DNA from: Patescibacteria group bacterium
GTDB taxonomy: Bacteria > Patescibacteriota > Patescibacteriia > UBA10025 > JAHIVO01
Reading direction: 5' to 3'
Assembly: GCA_041650915.1 (NCBI GenBank)
Contig: JBAZKE010000003.1
Coordinates: 149,226-213,225 of the forward strand
DNA: 64,000 bases
This document shows positions 9,733 through 17,663 of the stretch, in pieces (the stretch's first letter is position 1; the number at the start of each line of letters is the position of its first letter). Below the pieces are notes generated by a model. That model saw only the letters and a program-made list of their open reading frames with translations. It was not told the DNA's origin and did no database searches. A program made the translations under genes and the position numbers.

Positions 9733-10212
9733 ATGGCTATTCCAAAAAAGTTACTCAATCACCTTAAAAAGCACAATGTTAAGCATGAGGTGCTCTCGCA
9801 CCGGACTGTGTACACTGCGTATGACCTCGCCCAGACGACGAAACGCAAGCTCCAGGAGATTTCCAAGACCCTCCTCATGAAGGCTGACCGTGCATACTAC
9901 CTTGTCGTTATTCCGGCGCACTACAAGCTCAATGTTGCAAAGCTCAAGAAGCACCTGAGGGCAAAGAAGATTTCGTTCGCGCGGGAGGCAGAGATGAAAT
10001 CAAAATTTAAAGTCAAACCAGGCGCGATGACCCCCTTCGGTTCCATCCACAAGGTGCCCGTTCTGATCGACAGCGCCCTCGTCAGGGTGCGTGATGTCAT
10101 CTTCAACGCCGGCACCTTTACCGAGAGCGTCCGGATGAAGGTGAAGGATTTTATTGCGCTCGAGGAGGCGCAACGGGGCATCTTCGCTACCCGCGATAAG
10201 AAGAAAAAGTAG
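9733..10212 (+). CDS. YbaK/ProX-type aminoacyl-tRNA deacylase domain protein
   Basis: 159 aa. Pattern HEVLSHRTVYTAYDLAQ...KTLLMKADRAYYLVVIPAHYKLNVAKLKKHL...VKPGAMTPFGS...VLIDSAL is consistent with the YbaK/prolyl-tRNA-synthetase editing domain. Confidence 0.6.
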   Translation: MAIPKKLLNHLKKHNVKHEVLSHRTVYTAYDLAQTTKRKLQEISKTLLMKADRAYYLVVIPAHYKLNVAKLKKHLRAKKISFAREAEMKSKFKVKPGAMTPFGSIHKVPVLIDSALVRVRDVIFNAGTFTESVRMKVKDFIALEEAQRGIFATRDKKKK

Positions 10213-10215
10213 GGG

Positions 10216-10683
10216 ATGGACATTGTTTCCCACGCAGCCTGGGGCATGACGATTATCCGAAAGAGGCCTGAGCTCTGGTGGGCTGCCCTGTTTGGAGCGC
10301 TGCCTGATGTTATCCTCGCGGTCTACGGGGTATACCGGTACGGGTGGGCGTATTTCCGGGATACAACCGACCAAAAGTTCGGCAAGAAAGCTCACGGTCC
10401 CTTTGTGAAGGTATACTACTTCACTCACAGCCTCGTGCCGATCACGTTCGTTGCGCTCCTGCTGCTCATGGTCGAGCCGCACTACGCGATCGTAACGATT
10501 CCGTACTACGTTCACGTATTGCTCGACAGTTTTGTCCACGGCGGCATCTGGGCAGCGCGGCTGTTGTATCCGATATCTGCAGCCCACTTTAATGGCAGTG
10601 ACTGGTGGAAAAATAAATGGATCAGTGTCGGCAATTGGTCAGCGCTCGTGCTGGTTAATATCGTAATACTTTATTTCTCGTGA
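10216..10683 (+). CDS. hypothetical membrane protein (possibly YdjM/DUF457-like membrane-bound hydrolase)
   Basis: 155 aa, 4 hydrophobic helices, N-terminal MDIVSHAAWG and conserved His residues; family assignment tentative. Confidence 0.3.
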   Translation: MDIVSHAAWGMTIIRKRPELWWAALFGALPDVILAVYGVYRYGWAYFRDTTDQKFGKKAHGPFVKVYYFTHSLVPITFVALLLLMVEPHYAIVTIPYYVHVLLDSFVHGGIWAARLLYPISAAHFNGSDWWKNKWISVGNWSALVLVNIVILYFS

Positions 10684-11402
10684 CCTATAAGATAAAAATT
10701 GAACAGTTTGAAGGCCCGCTCGATCTGCTGCTGCAGCTCATCGAGCAGGAGGAAATGGACATTACCGAAGTATCGCTTGCCAATGTCACAGAGCAGTACC
10801 TCAGGTACATCAACAGCAGCGAGGTCGAGATTTCCCTCGAAGAGCTCGCTGACTTCCTCGTCGTTGCCGCTAAGCTGCTTCTGATTAAATCGCGAATCCT
10901 CCTGCCGCAGCTCCACATTGATGAAGAAGAAGACGGCATTGACCTAGAGCAGCAGCTGAAGATATACCGTGAGTTCTATGATGCCTCAAAAGTGCTGCAC
11001 AAGATGATTTTACGGAAAAAGTTCCTTTTCCAGCGGGAGCGGGCGGCTGTCCGGGTGGAAAATATTTTTAATCCTCCGAAGAGCCTCACGGCGGACCGCC
11101 TCCGTGATTTATTCCGCGGCGTACTGAAGGATTTGGAACCGTGGGTAAGCCTGCCACGCGAGGTCATGGTAAAAACAATCTCAATCAAAGAGCGCATCGC
11201 GAATATCCAGGAGCTCATTTCAAGAGGAGTCAATACGAGTTTCCGCGAGCTCCTCAAAGGCACGAAGAGCAAAACGGAAGTCATCGTGACTTTTTTGGCG
11301 CTCCTCGAGCTCGTGAAGCAGCGCTCCATTGCCGTGGTGCAGGAAGGAATTTTTGACGATATCGTCGTTAAGCGTATGGAATCTGAATTCGAAAAAAAAT
11401 AG
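10680..11402 (+). CDS. scpA: segregation and condensation protein A
   Basis: GTG start. N-terminal FEGPLDLLLQLIEQEEMDITEVSLANVTEQYLRYI is the ScpA signature; 240 aa; followed by scpB. Confidence 0.8.
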   Translation: MTYKIKIEQFEGPLDLLLQLIEQEEMDITEVSLANVTEQYLRYINSSEVEISLEELADFLVVAAKLLLIKSRILLPQLHIDEEEDGIDLEQQLKIYREFYDASKVLHKMILRKKFLFQRERAAVRVENIFNPPKSLTADRLRDLFRGVLKDLEPWVSLPREVMVKTISIKERIANIQELISRGVNTSFRELLKGTKSKTEVIVTFLALLELVKQRSIAVVQEGIFDDIVVKRMESEFEKK

Positions 11403-11437
11403 CGCTATAATCAATTACTTAAAATGTACGCCATCCT

Positions 11438-12004
11438 ATGAGGACAAAAGTACTTATCGAGAGCCTCCTATTCATCTCAGGCAAACCGATGTCAGCACAG
11501 AAGCTTGCGGAGGTGCTCGGCAAAGAAAAAGATGAAGTGATCCGTGAAGCCGATGAGCTTGCTGAAGAGTACGCAGCAGCGGGTCGCGGCATGCTCGTCC
11601 AGAAAGTCGGTTCTTCTTATCAGATGGTGACTTCGCCGAGCTGCACGCATATCATTAAAGATTTTATCAAATCCGAGCAGTCCGGTGAGCTCACAAAACC
11701 GTCGCTCGAAACGCTGACGATCATCGCGTACCGCGGGCCGGTTACAAAAGCCGAGCTTGAGCAGATCCGCGGGGTAAACTGCAGCCTCATTATCCGCAAT
11801 CTCCTCATCAAGGGGCTGATTGAAGCACATGAAGACCGGGAGAAGATGGCGACCGTATACTCGATTACGTTCGATTTCCTCAGGTTTCTGGGGCTTTCGA
11901 AGGTTGAAGAGCTGCCGGATTTTAGCAAGCTGAATAGCGATGAAAATTTAAAGAAGCTGCTCGAGATTAAGGTTGATGAAATGTCGGAGGAGCAGGCAAC
12001 CTAG
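11438..12004 (+). CDS. scpB: segregation and condensation protein B
   Basis: 188 aa. Tandem winged helices (SLLFISGKPMSAQKLAEVLG... and TLTIIAYRGPVTKAELEQIRGVN) typical of ScpB; adjacent to scpA. Confidence 0.8.
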   Translation: MRTKVLIESLLFISGKPMSAQKLAEVLGKEKDEVIREADELAEEYAAAGRGMLVQKVGSSYQMVTSPSCTHIIKDFIKSEQSGELTKPSLETLTIIAYRGPVTKAELEQIRGVNCSLIIRNLLIKGLIEAHEDREKMATVYSITFDFLRFLGLSKVEELPDFSKLNSDENLKKLLEIKVDEMSEEQAT

Positions 12005-12010
12005 CGCCGT

Positions 12011-12946
12011 ATGTTGCTGCTGCTGACAATATTACTGCACATTAACCAGATCGATTATTCGGAAGCGGTACTCTATTCGAGCGATGCCATGCAGAGTAGG
12101 ATCGTCCAGATGCTCCTCACCGAAACGTATGATCCACCCTTCACTGTCCGCCGGGCGCTTCCGCCAGCACAGGTCAGTGAGCTTGATTGTCCCGATGCTG
12201 CAATCTCTGCCCATTCGGGCGTGGTGCTCGATGTGGATTCTGGGAAAATTCTCTGGCAGAAAGATGCCGAAGAAGCGCTGCCGATCGCGAGCCTGACCAA
12301 GCTGATGACTGCACTTGTATTCCTTGAGACTAATCCTGACTTCAGCGCAGAAATAACGATAGAGGCTTCCGATAACGTGGACGTTCCCGGCAGCAAGCTT
12401 CACGTGCAACCGGGCGAGAGGGTTACCGTTGGCGATTTATTCTATACGAGCCTTGTCGGTTCGGCGAATAACGCGACGAAAGCACTTGCACGGTCTACCG
12501 GATTGCCTGAGGAACAGTTCATTACGCGGATGAATGCGCTTGCCCGTGACATGGGACTCGAACACACGATTTTTTATGAAGTGACCGGGCTTGATCCGCA
12601 GAATACTTCGACAGTCCTCGAGTACAGTTTCCTCGCGAATTATGCATTCCGCAATGAGACGATCAAGCGGACGCTTGCGACCCGGGAGTATACCTTTGAA
12701 ACCATTGATAAGAAAATAATTCACCGGATAAAAAATACTAACCAGCTCTTGAATGACGGGGAGCTTGAGCTCATCGGGGCAAAAACCGGCTACCTCGACG
12801 AGGCGGGATACACCTTCGTCTGTGAAGCCTCCGAGAACGGCCACCGCACGATCGTCGTGCTCTTCCGGAGCAGTTCCAGTGAGTCAAGATTTATAGAAGC
12901 AAAAGCGCTCCTGCAGTGGTCGTTCGATAACTTCGTGTGGATATAG
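12011..12946 (+). CDS. serine-type D-Ala-D-Ala carboxypeptidase (peptidase S11, PBP5/6-like)
   Basis: 311 aa. SxxK (ASLTK), SxN (SANN) and KTG (GAKTGY) active-site motifs; N-terminal hydrophobic leader. Confidence 0.7.
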   Translation: MLLLLTILLHINQIDYSEAVLYSSDAMQSRIVQMLLTETYDPPFTVRRALPPAQVSELDCPDAAISAHSGVVLDVDSGKILWQKDAEEALPIASLTKLMTALVFLETNPDFSAEITIEASDNVDVPGSKLHVQPGERVTVGDLFYTSLVGSANNATKALARSTGLPEEQFITRMNALARDMGLEHTIFYEVTGLDPQNTSTVLEYSFLANYAFRNETIKRTLATREYTFETIDKKIIHRIKNTNQLLNDGELELIGAKTGYLDEAGYTFVCEASENGHRTIVVLFRSSSSESRFIEAKALLQWSFDNFVWI

Positions 12947-12974
12947 ATGATTTACAAAACGGTAAAAATAAGGT

Positions 12975-13472
12975 ATGGTAGATATTGATTACGGTGCACT
13001 ATTTCAAAATTTTCCTCCTGAAATCGCGACGCTGCTCATTGCATTGCTGCCGATTGCCGAGCTTCGTCTTGCGATTCCGACTGCCATCGAGGTTTTTGAT
13101 ATGTCGATCTGGGCAGCGTTTCTTTGGTCGGTGATCGGCAACATGATACCGGCTGTACTGCTCCTCCTGTTTCTGGATCCTGTCGCCCGTTTTCTCATGG
13201 AACGATCACGTTTTTTTAACAAATTTTTTTCTTGGATTTTTAAGCGAACGACGGCGCGGTTCAGATCAAAGGCATCCCAGTACGGCACGTTCATTGCGCT
13301 TATGCTCTTTGTTGCCGTACCGCTCCCGATAACCGGCGCATGGACCGGAGCAGCAGCTGCCTTCCTGTTTAAAATGCCGTTCCACCGGGCTCTCCTCGCG
13401 GTAACGATCGGCGTCCTGATCGCAGGGGTGATCGTTACTATGGCAACGGTCGGGATTTCATCACTTTTTTAA
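12975..13472 (+). CDS. hypothetical small polytopic membrane protein (possibly small multidrug-export-like family)
   Basis: 165 aa with 4-5 hydrophobic helices; family assignment is a guess. Confidence 0.3.
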   Translation: MVDIDYGALFQNFPPEIATLLIALLPIAELRLAIPTAIEVFDMSIWAAFLWSVIGNMIPAVLLLLFLDPVARFLMERSRFFNKFFSWIFKRTTARFRSKASQYGTFIALMLFVAVPLPITGAWTGAAAAFLFKMPFHRALLAVTIGVLIAGVIVTMATVGISSLF

Positions 13473-13487
13473 AAAAATAGAAAAATT

Positions 13488-14270
13488 ATGAAAAGGACTG
13501 TGCTCGCCATCGCGAACTGGAAGATGAATGTTAGCCTCCCGGATATTGACCGTTTTTTTAAATATTTTTCTTTCGATGCGGTTGCGCCTGATGAAGTCGA
13601 GCTTTTGTTCTGCCCGTCTTTTATTGGAATCGAAAAAGCTGCAGCATTGACTCGAGGAACCCGAGCGCACGTTGGCGCCCAGGATGTCTACACCGAGGAG
13701 AAAGGGGCATTTACGGGAGCGGTGTCCGCCCGACAGATTGTTGACGCGGGCTGCACGCATGTTATCGTCGGCCATTCCGAGCGGAGGAGGCTCTTTGGGG
13801 AAACGGACGAGCTTGTGGCGCGGAAGGTCCAGGTTGCGCTTACACACAGGCTTTCGCCCATTATCTGCCTCGGTGAGAGTTTTGCTGAAAAGGAAGCAGG
13901 CAAAACCAAGCTCGTAGTTGAGCGCCAGGTGCGCACCTGCCTCGGCGGGCTCCGCGGGTCTGACGTGAAGAAAGCTGTCGTCGCCTACGAACCTGTCTGG
14001 GCGATCAGCACGAGCCCCGATAATCCCGGCGGGGTAGCAGATAGCCCGGAATCAGCGCAGGTGGTGCATAAGCTCATCAGGAAGGTCATCGAGGAGCTCT
14101 ACGGGGAATCTGTCGCGAGCGTGATGAGGATCGCGTATGGCGGTTCTGTCGATGCGGGTAATGTGGCATCGTTTACCATGATGGATGACATTGACGGCGT
14201 ACTCGTCGGCAGCGCGAGCAAGGAGGCTGAGAGCTTCCAAAAGATCGTATCGGCAATTAACAAACGGTAA
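13488..14270 (+). CDS. tpiA: triosephosphate isomerase
   Basis: AIANWKMN, IVGHSERR and AYEPVWAIST motifs; 260 aa. Confidence 0.9.
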   Translation: MKRTVLAIANWKMNVSLPDIDRFFKYFSFDAVAPDEVELLFCPSFIGIEKAAALTRGTRAHVGAQDVYTEEKGAFTGAVSARQIVDAGCTHVIVGHSERRRLFGETDELVARKVQVALTHRLSPIICLGESFAEKEAGKTKLVVERQVRTCLGGLRGSDVKKAVVAYEPVWAISTSPDNPGGVADSPESAQVVHKLIRKVIEELYGESVASVMRIAYGGSVDAGNVASFTMMDDIDGVLVGSASKEAESFQKIVSAINKR

Positions 14271-14279
14271 CGTAACGCA

Positions 14280-15164
14280 ATGCTCGTACATATATCAGAC
14301 CTTATCAAGGACGCGCGCGAGAAGGAGTATACGCTCGGTGCGTTCAATATCGAAAATTTAGAAACGACGCTCGGCGTTGTCCGCGCCGCGGTCGCCAAGA
14401 AAGCGCCGGTAATTTTACAGGTCTCTGAAACCAGCATCCGGTACGCCGGGCTCAAGGCCATTACGAGCATCGTGAGGACGATAGCATCTGTTGAGGCGGG
14501 CGATATTCCTATCTCCCTGCACCTGGACCACGGTAAGACCTTTCGTTCGGTGGCCGAGTGCGTTCGCGCTGGTTTTTCTTCGATAATGATGGATGCTTCT
14601 GACATGCCCATTACTGAAAATATCATCCTCACCAGGCAGGCCGTTGATTTTGCCCACGGTAAGGGCGTGTATGTCCAGGGCGAACTCGGTATCGTGAAAG
14701 GGCTCGAAGAGGTGAGCGAAGAAGAGCGAAAGAAGACCATGACGGATCCGGAAGAGGCCTCCATGTTCGTACAAAAGAGTGAGGTTGACACCTTGGCAGT
14801 CGCCGTCGGCAACGTGCACGGAATCATCAAAATGAGGAAAGGAAATCCCGGACTGGATCTCGACCGGCTCGAGAAAATACACTCACTCATTCCTGATACG
14901 CCGCTCGTGCTGCACGGCGCATCGGGCTTGCCCCAGAACCAGATCGAAGAGGGGATGAAACGCGGCATCCGGATAATTAATATTGATACGGAGCTCCGCA
15001 TGTCATTTACCAACGCGCTCCGTGAAACGCTCATGAAAGACCCGGCACTTTTCGATCCCCGCGAGCTCCTCACGCCATCAATCAATGCTATCCAGCGCGT
15101 GGTTGAGGCAAAAATCGAAGTATTCAAGAGCGCCGGCAAGGCAGCTGGCATTCCAATCGAGTAG
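14280..15164 (+). CDS. fba: fructose-bisphosphate aldolase, class II
   Basis: 294 aa. N-terminal DLIKDAREKEYTLGAFNIENLE, LHLDHG zinc-ligand motif and VHGASGLP. Confidence 0.85.
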   Translation: MLVHISDLIKDAREKEYTLGAFNIENLETTLGVVRAAVAKKAPVILQVSETSIRYAGLKAITSIVRTIASVEAGDIPISLHLDHGKTFRSVAECVRAGFSSIMMDASDMPITENIILTRQAVDFAHGKGVYVQGELGIVKGLEEVSEEERKKTMTDPEEASMFVQKSEVDTLAVAVGNVHGIIKMRKGNPGLDLDRLEKIHSLIPDTPLVLHGASGLPQNQIEEGMKRGIRIINIDTELRMSFTNALRETLMKDPALFDPRELLTPSINAIQRVVEAKIEVFKSAGKAAGIPIE

Positions 15165-15260
15165 CAGCGGTAAGGTGAACAATAGCGCCGGCACGGCTGC
15201 CGGTATTTCAATAGTGCAGTAGGAACAGCGTCAGCGTTAACAACAAGTAAATTAAAAGGT

Positions 15261-16265
15261 ATGGCAATCCGTTTAGCTATCAATGGGTTTGGGAGGATCG
15301 GCAAATCAGCGTTCAGAATAGCGCTGGATGATAAAGATATCGAAGTCGTTGCAATCAACAACCTCGCCCCGGCAGAAATGTCCGCCCACTTGCTCAAGTA
15401 TGATACCGTATACGGTACATGGGATCACGACGTATCGCACTATGAGGGCGGAATCATCGTCGATGGCAAAAAGTATCCGATTATCGGCGAGCGCGATCCT
15501 GAGAAGCTCCCCTGGAAAAAGTACGACGTAGATGTGGTCATCGAGTCCACTGGTTTATTTTTAACGAAAGAGACTGCATCGGCGCACCTGAGAGCTGGAG
15601 CCAAGCGCGTCGTAATTTCCGCGCCAGCAAAGGATGGCATTGACATGTTCGTCATGGGCGTCAACGATGATAAGCTCGCTGACCAGGAAATAATTTCAAA
15701 CGCTTCCTGTACGACAAACTGCATTGCGCCGGTGATTAAAGTTCTCCAGGAAGAGTTTGGCATCAAGAAGGCTTCAATGACGACGGTCCATTCTTATACG
15801 GCCGACCAGAATCTCGTCGACGGATCGCACAAGAAAGACCTCCGGCGTGCGCGTGCGGCCGCTGAAAATATCGTTCCGACAACTACCGGCGCAGCAAAGG
15901 CGACCTCGAAGGTCGTCCCTGAGGTTGCGGGCATCTTCGATGGCATAGCATTCCGCGTCCCGACGCCGTCCGCTTCCCTCTCTGACTTTACGCTGCTCAT
16001 GGCGAAACAGGTGACCGTTGAGGCCGTCAACGAGGCTTTTAAAAAGGCAGCAGCGAGCGAGCGGTATAAAGGTGTATTGGCTGTTACTGATGAACCGCTT
16101 GTTTCATCCGATATCGTCGGCAATACGAACGCTTCGATTGTTGATCTCGGTTTGACCAAGGTCATTGACGGGGATCTTCTCAAGGTCGTTGCCTGGTACG
16201 ACAATGAGTGGGGGTACTCCTGTACGCTCGTCCGTATTTGCAAAGCTGTAGGAAAAAAGCTATAA
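15261..16265 (+). CDS. gap: glyceraldehyde-3-phosphate dehydrogenase
   Basis: INGFGRIGK NAD-binding motif and ASCTTNCIAP catalytic-Cys motif; 334 aa. Confidence 0.95.
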   Translation: MAIRLAINGFGRIGKSAFRIALDDKDIEVVAINNLAPAEMSAHLLKYDTVYGTWDHDVSHYEGGIIVDGKKYPIIGERDPEKLPWKKYDVDVVIESTGLFLTKETASAHLRAGAKRVVISAPAKDGIDMFVMGVNDDKLADQEIISNASCTTNCIAPVIKVLQEEFGIKKASMTTVHSYTADQNLVDGSHKKDLRRARAAAENIVPTTTGAAKATSKVVPEVAGIFDGIAFRVPTPSASLSDFTLLMAKQVTVEAVNEAFKKAAASERYKGVLAVTDEPLVSSDIVGNTNASIVDLGLTKVIDGDLLKVVAWYDNEWGYSCTLVRICKAVGKKL

Positions 16266-16346
16266 TATTCGCATACGTCGATTAGAAAGGTTTCTCGAAT
16301 AGAGAGCCTGGGGCTCGTATGCCCGGCATCGAAAGGGGGTGATATC

Positions 16347-16526
16347 ATGCTAAAGCACAAATACGTTCCGATTTCGTTTGCTGTGTTTGGGATCATGTGT
16401 GCAATTTTCGGTTTCTTCACTGAGGTGCGCAATGAATTAATCATCATCCCTTCCGCATTCTATCTGCAGATGTCAGCAGTTTCTTTCCTCGCGGCAATCT
16501 ATTTCGAGACGGCCCAAAAGCGTTAA
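16347..16526 (+). CDS. small hydrophobic protein (59 aa), not in the ORF track because it is under 60 aa
   Basis: Strong Shine-Dalgarno AAGGGGGTGA 7 nt upstream of the ATG at 16347. The product MLKHKYVPISFAVFGIMCAIFGFFTEVRNELIIIPSAFYLQMSAVSFLAAIYFETAQKR has two hydrophobic helices. Confidence 0.4.
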   Translation: MLKHKYVPISFAVFGIMCAIFGFFTEVRNELIIIPSAFYLQMSAVSFLAAIYFETAQKR

Positions 16527-16660
16527 GGCGCTTTGGAATAACGTTCTGGCATGCCCGGTATTTGTACGTGTTTTCAAGGACGTTACGCAATGCTCAATTC
16601 ATTTAGCATCCGCGGTTTTTTTAAAGCCCTTCCATGCCTCCTTTTTGGGCCTTTTTTAAA

Positions 16661-16689
16661 TTGACAGATAGGCTCTGATTCCCTACAAT
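16661..16689 (+). promoter_or_regulatory. consensus sigma70-type promoter (TTGACA-17nt-TACAAT) about 93 nt upstream of tRNA-Glu
   Basis: TTGACA at 16661-16666, exact 17-nt spacer, TACAAT at 16684-16689. Confidence 0.5.
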
Positions 16690-16782
16690 GGTGGGGCTTC
16701 TGTCTGTAAATCTCCGTTCGATTCCACCGGATACCCACGTTTTATTCGTCGAATGCTTTCGGAAGCACCCACATAACCTTAT

Positions 16783-16854
16783 GCCGCCTTCGTCTAGTGG
16801 CTAGGACGTCGCCCTCTCACGGCGGAAACACGGGTCCGATTCCCGTAGGCGGTA
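16783..16854 (+). tRNA. tRNA-Glu (anticodon CUC)
   Basis: Hand-folded cloverleaf: acceptor GCCGCCU/AGGCGGU, D-stem GUCU/GGAC, anticodon stem UCGCC/GGCGG with loop CUCUCAC, T-stem ACGGG/CCCGU with loop UCCGAUU (C at the usual U55 position is atypical). No encoded CCA. Confidence 0.75.
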
Positions 16855-16971
16855 TACTATCTGAAGCCCCTTCTTTAAAAAGTAGTGTTTACATGACTCC
16901 CTAAAATTATTCGTATCGCTCGGCTCGGGACTGGAAAGATCCGGAGCCTCGCGATGTAATGAAGCATTGTT

Positions 16972-17313
16972 ATGTATCTCATTATACGTCTCATACTCAA
17001 TGCGGTTGCGCTCCTGCTCGTTGCGAATTTCGTGAGCGGGTTTGAGGTCGAGAGTTTTTGGTATGCGCTCATCGCCGCGCTCGTGCTCGGAATCGTGAAC
17101 GCGGTACTTAAGCCGGTTCTCATCGTGCTGACGCTGCCGATCACCATCCTGACGCTCGGTCTCTTCACCTTCATAATCAATGCAGGCCTCCTGTGGCTGG
17201 TCGCGACGATCCTCGACGGTTTTTCTATTGATGCGTTCTGGCCGACTGCAGTGGTTGGTGGCCTGATACTCTGGGTAATCAGCTGGTTCACCAACGCAAT
17301 AACAAAGAAGTAG
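16972..17313 (+). CDS. DUF360 / phage-holin-superfamily-IV-like 4-TM membrane protein
   Basis: 113 aa, four hydrophobic helices. Pattern LIIRLILNAVALLLVANFVSGF...LIAALVLGIVNAVLKPVLIVLTLPITILTLGLFTFIINA matches the YvlD/DUF360 arrangement. Confidence 0.55.
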   Translation: MYLIIRLILNAVALLLVANFVSGFEVESFWYALIAALVLGIVNAVLKPVLIVLTLPITILTLGLFTFIINAGLLWLVATILDGFSIDAFWPTAVVGGLILWVISWFTNAITKK

Positions 17314-17400
17314 TTTTGGCAGGCGGTCCACCGTCCTTGCGGGGTTAGGTTGGTGTGGTATACTGCCCGGTGGTAACCGTTTTATCCATTCAAACGCGCT

Positions 17401-17637
17401 ATGGCGACAGCTTGGTACACGCTCGTAGTAGGAATACTGATTACGCTTGATGGAATCATTTTTTTAATTTTTAATGATATCGACGGGTTTGCAATGCCCA
17501 ATTGGTACCTCGGGCTCATGCTGCTCGTCGGCGTCATCGGGATTATTCTCGGGCTCATCAAAGTATTGAAAGAGAAGAATCCGCAAAAGGATGTTGAACA
17601 CAGCCAGCGGGAAGCGGAAGAGGATGTCATGGAGTAA
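17401..17637 (+). CDS. small 2-TM membrane protein, hypothetical
   Basis: 78 aa, two hydrophobic helices and an acidic C-terminus. Confidence 0.35.
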   Translation: MATAWYTLVVGILITLDGIIFLIFNDIDGFAMPNWYLGLMLLVGVIGIILGLIKVLKEKNPQKDVEHSQREAEEDVME

Positions 17638-17663
17638 AAAGCTCTGATGAGCATTATTATTAG

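Noticed and set aside
16690-16782. Possible second tRNA or tmRNA fragment upstream of tRNA-Glu (T-loop-like GTTCGATTCC)
   Set aside because: I could not fold a complete cloverleaf: no matching acceptor or anticodon stems, and the flanking T-stem halves are not complementary. It is treated as the leader of the tRNA-Glu transcript.
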